From Cyanidioschyzon merolae (taxonomy: Eukaryota): a DNA stretch of 64,000 nt. Under the pieces are notes generated by a model. That model was not told the DNA's origin, did no database searches, and saw only the letters and a list, made by a program, of their open reading frames with translations. Made by a program: the position numbers and the translations under genes. Positions 57,565 through 64,000 of the stretch are shown piece by piece; the stretch's first letter is position 1; each line of letters opens with the position of its first letter. The stretch lies in NCBI GenBank assembly GCA_000091205.1, contig AP006494.2; one strand, 5' to 3'.

Positions 57565-58407
57565 TTACAAGTCCTGTGGATCGTCGTCGTCTTCAATCTG
57601 GTCTGTGTTGGACTTGATGCCATCCAAACCGACTTTCAATGCAAATATGCCTGTAGTAGCTGCCAGCAAGGATACTAGAACGATTACGAAAATCGGAATA
57701 CTGACCATCAACAAAAGAGCAATCCAAACAAATGCCGCAGTTATCGCGCCTGCACACGAAACGAGTACAGTAAGGGCTGCACAAAGGACAGCGTACAGAA
57801 TGCTAATAGTTATCGTTAGCAAGTATACCAGCAAGGTACACACGAGGACAGTCGTCACCCATGCGCTGTATTCGTTAACCAACGAACCCGAGCGGAGCTC
57901 TTCCGCAATGAACTTTGACCAGCGACCGAGAGCTTTGGAGGCATGCACACGAACTCTATTCATGTTCGGGAAGCGTGTGCGATATAGCCCCACTCTTGTA
58001 GTCTCTGCACTGGACAGTTTTGGTTGCGACGAACTTGAATGCAAATAAAGAGGGGTTTCAACGTTTTCATGTCCTGCCATTTTTACGCATAAAACCGGCG
58101 ACTGCTCAACTGTTCGCCTTATCAGCGCGGGCTTTTCGTCGACCTCGCTAGTCGGGGCTTCCACGGAAACCCAACTGTCCACGGGCGCCTCCCCGTCCAG
58201 GTTGCCTGAACTAGTTTCAGTTCCAGCGAACGCTTTCGTGCAACGAGGTGCTTCCTGCCTGTCTGCGTTCGGGCTTTTTTGGTTTTCAGCAGTCGCGATG
58301 CTGTTCGAGTGTCCTCCTGTCTGTGGCTCGGTGCGGGGCCGTTCTGTTCTGGACTCTGGCAGTTCGCACTGTCCCCCCGGTTCCGCAAGGTGCGCGGATA
58401 CGTCCAT
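57565..58407 (-). CDS. Hypothetical membrane protein with two C-terminal transmembrane helices and acidic tail
   Basis: 280-aa ORF. The C-terminal region 'VTTVLVCTLLVYLLTITISILYAVLCAALTVLVSCAGAITAAFVWIALLLMVSIPIFVIVLVSLLAATTGIF' is strongly hydrophobic. No family recognised. Confidence 0.3.
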   Translation of the reverse strand: MDVSAHLAEPGGQCELPESRTERPRTEPQTGGHSNSIATAENQKSPNADRQEAPRCTKAFAGTETSSGNLDGEAPVDSWVSVEAPTSEVDEKPALIRRTVEQSPVLCVKMAGHENVETPLYLHSSSSQPKLSSAETTRVGLYRTRFPNMNRVRVHASKALGRWSKFIAEELRSGSLVNEYSAWVTTVLVCTLLVYLLTITISILYAVLCAALTVLVSCAGAITAAFVWIALLLMVSIPIFVIVLVSLLAATTGIFALKVGLDGIKSNTDQIEDDDDPQDL

Positions 58408-59225
58408 CGAAGTAAGTAGCGCTTCGAATGCGGAGCCTCCAGTTCACGACACTGTTACACAACAGCAAACGAAAAACCGAAGCAGAGTCTGCGTCTCCAG
58501 AGAGCTACACAACCCATTTGGAAACGTTTGCAAATGAACGCGGAAGACGATGGTTGTTCGCGTGCGCGCAGCAACGCGGATTCTTCTGCTTGAGAGAACG
58601 TTCGTGCTGATCAGGGATATGCAACTACACGAGAATTATCGTCAACCGGGAAAGCGTCTATGATTCTTCATCCTGGACCAAGTTCCAGCTGCTACAAACC
58701 GTAATCCCCTTTCGATGTAGTGAGTCGTTCGTGAGTTCATCGAAGGCCGGGGGCCTGCCGTGAGCGCCCGGAATAGCTGCTCGGAGATATCCGCCTGGGC
58801 CGTTGTCCGAGCGCGCGATATATCGCTGGTCCCCGAAATAAGAATCTTTCTAGCCTGCACAGTGTTTCCAAATGTACATTGTTTGGAATCAATTACTAGG
58901 CCAGAAAACACCACATCAGGGGCTAAGATTCGTCGAAAAGTCACATATACACCGGGTGCGATCGCAACTCACATGACTGCACGTTCGCAACAAGAGCGAA
59001 GGAATATTATGTAGCCACATAAGTTAACCCTGCGAGTTGCAAATCGCAGTTGAAAACATAAGAAAAAGAGCCCAACGCGGCTAAGGATCATGACCAAGAA
59101 AGGTTTTCTGTCTTCCACTTCATTTCCTCGACTTTATGCTTGAGTGTCGACTCCGCAGGCATCGCGACCTGTCCGTGTAAGGGCGTGACTAGATGATACA
59201 TTCGTCCTGGCGTCTACCGAAACCT

Positions 59226-62200
59226 TCATCGAAGCACCGCGACCGTCACTCCAGATCCCCCATCTGAAGGGCTCGCTTCCTGGAAACTGTCCACATGCGG
59301 ATGGCCACGCAGGTACTCTCGCACAACGCTCTTCAGCCGTCCAGAACCGTGTCCATGAATGATCCAGAGCGATCCCATCTGCACACTGCGATCTATCGCA
59401 GAATCCAGAGCAGATTCTACTTCGTGTGCCCGCATACCCCTGAGGTCCACGGTGTTTCGGTCAGTGCGCACCAGCACTGGCGAGGAGAGCCCGCTGGCCG
59501 GCTTCTCAGCTTCGACACGACGCCGTGGCGATCGTTCCGTGGCCATTGTGGTCGATGCTTCAGTCGGGCGCTGAACAGACACGACTTCCTGGACAGCAAT
59601 TGTTGCTGTCAGGTTCCCCAGTGCAACACGTATACGTCCATCGGGAAGTTTCTGGGTCACCCGCAAGGGAGATGATCCGAGCTTCGGTACCATGACATAA
59701 TCATTCGTGTCCACCGTTTCCGGGTTGATTTCCCGATCATCGTCTCGTTCCAATCCCGCTAGGGCCATTGTTGCTTCCGCGACTTTTGCTTCCAGGGTAT
59801 TTGCAAGGGTGTTACCTTCCGACGATGCCATTTCATTGCGTCGAAGGCGCTGCAGTGCTTCCCGAAGCTCCTGACGCACTTGTTCTAATTCCGCTTCTAA
59901 TGCCCGCTTAACTTCTTCGATTGCCTCCTTGCGATGTCGCTCTAGTCCTGCAAGTCGCTTCTCGTGCTCCTGTCGCATTCGCTCCATTTCCCGTGCTTCT
60001 TGGCGTGCTCGTTCCAGGTTCTGAAGCTGCTCCACGCGAATCTTTTCAACCTGCTCCATGAGGCGGCTCATATTCTGCGGAGAGCTCGATCCGCTCCCAG
60101 GACTCAGTGGCAAAGAGTCCGGGCTCGAGCCTACACCGACCGATCGTTCGAGTAGGTTTTCCGCTTCTTGCAAAATGTCGTGATCGAGCCCGAGTCTGCG
60201 GGCAACCAGCAGCGCATACGACCTCCCCGCTACACCCCAGAGAAGTCGGTACGTAGGTTCCAACCGGTCCGTGTCAAATTCAACGGAGACGTTTTCGTAT
60301 CTAGAGGGTTCCATAAAAAAGAGAGTCTTCAGTTCACTATGATGCGTTGTCACAAAGACGAAGCGAACGTTTTTCTTCTCGACCAGGTAGCGAACAAGGG
60401 CGATGCCAAGCGCAGCTCCCTCAGCCGGATCCGTTCCAGCACCAAGCTCATCCAGAAGCACCAGCGAGTCCGCAGTCGCACACTGAAGAATCTCACCTAT
60501 TCGTCTTATATGGCCGCTGAATGTTGACAAATTTTGCTCTAACGACTGTTCATCTCCAATGTCTGCAAGTACTCTGTCAAAGTACGGCACAGTGACATCT
60601 TCATCGAGTAGCGTGGTCGGCGACATATTCGGATCAGCGTGTCGCCGAGGAATCGGAATGCCGCTCTTTGCCATGAGCACTATGAGACCGAGGGTCTTCG
60701 CCGCTAGGGTTTTTCCTCCGGCATTCGCTCCAGTCAGGATGGCGGCGGAAGCAATTCCCCGTAAATGAAAGTCAATCGGTACCACGCTCTCCATCGATTT
60801 GAGCGAGCGCCACAAAAGTAGCGGATGGCATGCACCGCGAATGTCCACTGGCATCTCACTATCTGCAGCGAAGCGCACCAACGAAGCGCCGATATGCCGT
60901 GCGTAACGGGCTCGGGCCACCGAGAAATCAATGTCAATCAGGGCCTCAAATGTGCTACTGAGCCGGACGCTCGCAGCATGCAGTCGCTTACTCAGCTGAT
61001 TCCAAATGTCGCGTTCGATTGCGGATTCCCTGCGACTGAGGCGACGTAATTCGCTATTCAACTCCACAATCGCATGCGGCTCAACGAAAACAGTGCTCCC
61101 AGTGTTACTGTAATCGTGCACGATTCCTGGTATTCTCCGCTTGTGGGTCGCCTTCACTGCAAGCACCTGGCGATCGTAGCGCGTCGTTGGCGTCCGATCC
61201 TGTAGAGCATCTCCTTTGCTCTGAATGATTCGCTGTAGTTCGTCTTTTATTCGCTCTTTAATTCGCTGCAACTGCGTTCGAACTACTCGAAGTTCATCGG
61301 ATGCAGTTTCGCGCGGACGACCAGTTTCGTCGAGTGTCGCAAATATCTCTGATGCTGCCGCACTGACGGGCTGAACCCGATCTAGAATACTTTGCAATTC
61401 TGCTGAGCACTTCTGCACAGCAAGAGGTTCTGTGTGCATCTGATTCGTACAGCTAGTGCTGTCAAATGCTGGTGAAGACATGTATGCGTCCGGGGAGGCC
61501 GAACTCGAATCCATGAGGCATTCCGCGGAAGCCTTTTTCAAGTTCGCCGCTACCTGCACGAAATTGGCAATGCGAAGCAGCTCTTCTCCTTCGAGATTAC
61601 CTTTTTTGTGGAGCCTTTGAATAAGTCCCTCGACATCCGGGAGCCGTTTCAGAACCTCAAACGGCGAGGTTGGCGTCCGCCTCTCAATAGTCACAACTTC
61701 AGCTGTTAGTTGCATAAGTCTTTCGCTTTGCTGTTTCGTTAATGATAGAAGATGAATCATTAGCCCTCTACTCAGGAGACGTTGCCTGCCCGTTTGCGTA
61801 AGCGCTAAACTCGACAAGCACTCAAGCACTCGGCCAAACTCCAAAAGTTCGGCTGTACTCTCCATAACTAGGGAAACCTGCTCGACCTGCTCCATCCCGA
61901 GAGAAGCAGTATTTGACTCTCGTGAAACCACCGTCTGGCCCAGGTTTTCTCCAGTTACACCCATAGCAGCGCCAGCTGTTGTTGCTGCTGCCGGAACGCT
62001 ATCTACGTCCGCCAAGAAGGCAGCATTCGGCCGCGCGTGCACTCGCTCTTGAGAAACACCGTGCTCTCCAGAGTCAACTGAACTGCACCGGACATGAAGC
62101 TTGCTGAAGCTGTAGATCGAGCCGGCCACATAACCGCGTATACGGGCACTAGCGCAGAACCTTGTTTTCAGAAGCGTAAACGAAGCACGGAGCTTCGCAC

Positions 62201-62315
62201 GTCTGTTCTCGACTGCATCCAGCGCCTGGCAGCTTTGGCAGTAAGAGACCCCAGTGCTGGACGTTTGGTTCCAATTCCGAGCGCTGATTACACTAGAGCT
62301 CTCAACTATGTACAT
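59226..62315 (-). CDS. mutS2: MutS2-type DNA mismatch-repair-family ATPase with C-terminal Smr (small MutS-related) nuclease domain, organellar type
   Basis: MutS ATPase Walker A 'TGANAGGKTLAAKTLGLIVLMAKSGIPIP'. Walker B 'LVLLDELGAGTDPAEGAALGIALVRYL'. 'TTHHSELK'. A long coiled-coil region. C-terminal Smr 'VDLRGMRAHEVESALDSAIDRSVQMGSLWIIHGHGSGRLKSVVREYLRGHPHV'. Confidence 0.85.
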   Translation of the reverse strand: MYIVESSSVISARNWNQTSSTGVSYCQSCQALDAVENRRAKLRASFTLLKTRFCASARIRGYVAGSIYSFSKLHVRCSSVDSGEHGVSQERVHARPNAAFLADVDSVPAAATTAGAAMGVTGENLGQTVVSRESNTASLGMEQVEQVSLVMESTAELLEFGRVLECLSSLALTQTGRQRLLSRGLMIHLLSLTKQQSERLMQLTAEVVTIERRTPTSPFEVLKRLPDVEGLIQRLHKKGNLEGEELLRIANFVQVAANLKKASAECLMDSSSASPDAYMSSPAFDSTSCTNQMHTEPLAVQKCSAELQSILDRVQPVSAAASEIFATLDETGRPRETASDELRVVRTQLQRIKERIKDELQRIIQSKGDALQDRTPTTRYDRQVLAVKATHKRRIPGIVHDYSNTGSTVFVEPHAIVELNSELRRLSRRESAIERDIWNQLSKRLHAASVRLSSTFEALIDIDFSVARARYARHIGASLVRFAADSEMPVDIRGACHPLLLWRSLKSMESVVPIDFHLRGIASAAILTGANAGGKTLAAKTLGLIVLMAKSGIPIPRRHADPNMSPTTLLDEDVTVPYFDRVLADIGDEQSLEQNLSTFSGHIRRIGEILQCATADSLVLLDELGAGTDPAEGAALGIALVRYLVEKKNVRFVFVTTHHSELKTLFFMEPSRYENVSVEFDTDRLEPTYRLLWGVAGRSYALLVARRLGLDHDILQEAENLLERSVGVGSSPDSLPLSPGSGSSSPQNMSRLMEQVEKIRVEQLQNLERARQEAREMERMRQEHEKRLAGLERHRKEAIEEVKRALEAELEQVRQELREALQRLRRNEMASSEGNTLANTLEAKVAEATMALAGLERDDDREINPETVDTNDYVMVPKLGSSPLRVTQKLPDGRIRVALGNLTATIAVQEVVSVQRPTEASTTMATERSPRRRVEAEKPASGLSSPVLVRTDRNTVDLRGMRAHEVESALDSAIDRSVQMGSLWIIHGHGSGRLKSVVREYLRGHPHVDSFQEASPSDGGSGVTVAVLR

Positions 62316-62617
62316 GACTCGAAAAAATCAGAAACAAAATCTCAGTAGACGAGGATTCACCATATCACGCTGCAGAAGTGCTGCTCCACAGAAGTAATTC
62401 AATCGCAGCGCGTTGAGAAGATTGATCAGTCCCGCCGAGGCGCTAGCGACGCCATCGAAAAACACACTTTTCAGACACTGTTGACGAATTCTGTTATGTC
62501 TGTTTGTACCAGAAAAGCTCTGAAATAACAGCAACGAAGAGCGGTCGCTACAAAATACCGCGGAACTCCACAAGACGCACTGCACCTCCAGGTTGAGCTT
62601 ACAACGCCTCGTTTGCG

Positions 62618-63046
62618 ATGGGCTCTCGAACGCCTGCCACAGGCACAGCGTTGTTCGACTCCGTACTACGCTTGGCTCGTGAGAAGAGTTTGGCAAAATG
62701 GCCGGACACGGAAATCCGTAAAGCGGTTTCCTGGGCGCTGCTTGCAGCGAATGAGGCAGGGCGGACTGGCAGTGAGCACGGGTACCCTGAGTTGGACGCA
62801 CTGTTGCGCGCCTGGTTAGAGGAGAACCCTTCTTGGCAATCAGAGTTCTTGGAAAGGTTGCATACAGTGCTTTGTGACCCGAACGTTTCCCACGCTTGCG
62901 CCCAACCGCCACGTTCGAGGCAAACGAGTAACTCGTTCGAGGAATATGCATCAAACCTTTGTGTGACGTTGCTCGCAACCAGACTGAGCAAAAACGTTCT
63001 CAACAATCAGGTTTCACTTGTGCTAGACCCGTCTCACATCAAGTGA
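62618..63046 (+). CDS. Hypothetical protein
   Basis: 142-aa ORF with non-repetitive composition and no recognisable family. It overlaps the antisense ORF 62328-62978, so only one of the two can be real. Confidence 0.2.
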   Translation: MGSRTPATGTALFDSVLRLAREKSLAKWPDTEIRKAVSWALLAANEAGRTGSEHGYPELDALLRAWLEENPSWQSEFLERLHTVLCDPNVSHACAQPPRSRQTSNSFEEYASNLCVTLLATRLSKNVLNNQVSLVLDPSHIK

Positions 63047-64000
63047 TTCGGATGTGCGCTTTCCGATGTTTTGCGGTGCTCAGAAGCTTTTCTTAGTCGA
63101 ACAATTTAGTGAGTTTTCCACGATGCGAGAGAAGAATTTTGCAGTCACGTTCGTAGGGCTTTACGAAACTGGGACAGCCAGGGGCGATAGGTGAGCGATC
63201 CAGTGCAAGAGCAATGTCAGAGGGGGCGACTTTTTCGAAGCACGCGTTTTGCGCAGAAATCTTGGAAATGAGGTCGAATAGTCGAGCGCGCTCTCTGTGG
63301 AAGCATTACGAGCTCAAGACGGGCCAGGCCTCCACCCGTGCTTCACATGGACGTCATCGCCTGGCCAGGAGCTTTCTTTCGTATGTTCAGTGGCAGGCAT
63401 ATCGAAAGACAGTGCAGCAGCAGCAACTGGTCTCGTTTCCGCTCCCGCTACTTTCGAGACCTCGCTCATGGTCGTTAAGCTAAGCTCCAAATAAAACCAA
63501 AGATGTCATAAATGGTAGCGCACCTGCTTTAAATTATTCTGTATTTCACAGGTCATGAAAAACGCCTTGCCTTTATCACGGAGAGTCGGTTCTCTGCTCG
63601 CAATGCGATGGCCTATCCCGGTTGTGTACCCTGGGCAGCACGATAGAACCGCTGATTATGCGGGTCCATTTCTCGGGGGGCAAAGTCGGATGTTCCAGGT
63701 TACTGTTCATGCGTTCCGCATCATGAGAAGATAGATACAGGGTTAATGAGTCTTGTCCATATAGTCTTTCAACTCAATTTGGTTTCATCGCTGTTGCGGT
63801 GTATAGCAGGGGATCGAAAATCTCTATTCGACGCACTCTCTAGATCGTAGACGAATTGCCTTAAGGATATATGCTTCACTGCAGTGTGCATGGATGGCTG
63901 CGTACCTCCTTCAGGGCAGTCACATCGCAGTGCTCAGATGCCTGAGGAATACTGAAAGGAAGAAGTGTATGGGCTCCGCGCCAAAAATCGATATTCTTAA

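Noticed and set aside
1-64000. Prokaryotic interpretation (operons, defence islands)
   Set aside because: eIF5B, ORC5, CHMP5, SET/post-SET, VPS13-like and MIP18 are eukaryote-specific families, and no operon-like co-directional clusters are present. The 'TnpB-like' genes are therefore interpreted as eukaryotic Fanzor-type, not bacterial IS200/IS605.

Overview
This window looks like eukaryotic nuclear DNA, not prokaryotic. It has long uninterrupted ORFs for unmistakably eukaryotic proteins (eIF5B, ORC5, CHMP5/Vps60, a SET-domain histone methyltransferase, a VPS13-like C-terminus, a GT31 glycosyltransferase). It also has a set of organelle-type genes (MutS2 with Smr domain, an HCF107/Mbb1-like HAT-repeat protein, a BSD2-like DnaJ zinc-finger protein, ClpP, a stand-alone M41 peptidase domain, bL30, a 2-oxoacid dehydrogenase E2). 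That combination suggests an intron-poor, fairly GC-rich photosynthetic protist or alga; I cannot name the lineage.

Gene density is about one gene per 3-4 kb, on both strands, with mostly single-exon genes.

The most striking content is a family of Fanzor/TnpB-like (OMEGA, RuvC-type) transposon-encoded nuclease genes, present in at least seven copies or fragments. One copy (22.7-25.3 kb, minus strand, about 800 aa) is nearly full length and is broken only by about four single-base frame slips at homopolymer or GG sites. It carries a 'DLNAAINI' RuvC-III motif, a '[10 protein letters not shown]' RuvC-I motif, an internal 4 x 25-aa tandem repeat, and a His-rich replacement of the usual Cys zinc finger. 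It ends 60 bp upstream of the eIF5B start codon.

The 33-52 kb interval is a mosaic of these Fanzor-like remnants, two near-identical segmental duplications (about 1.4 kb and 1.7 kb, each present twice), and a roughly 200-bp dispersed module present three times, interleaved with single-copy housekeeping genes.

Several microsatellites, a 43-bp minisatellite and a coding (PGPGAR)n tail on a DEAD-box helicase are also present. No rRNA, tRNA or CRISPR arrays were recognised.
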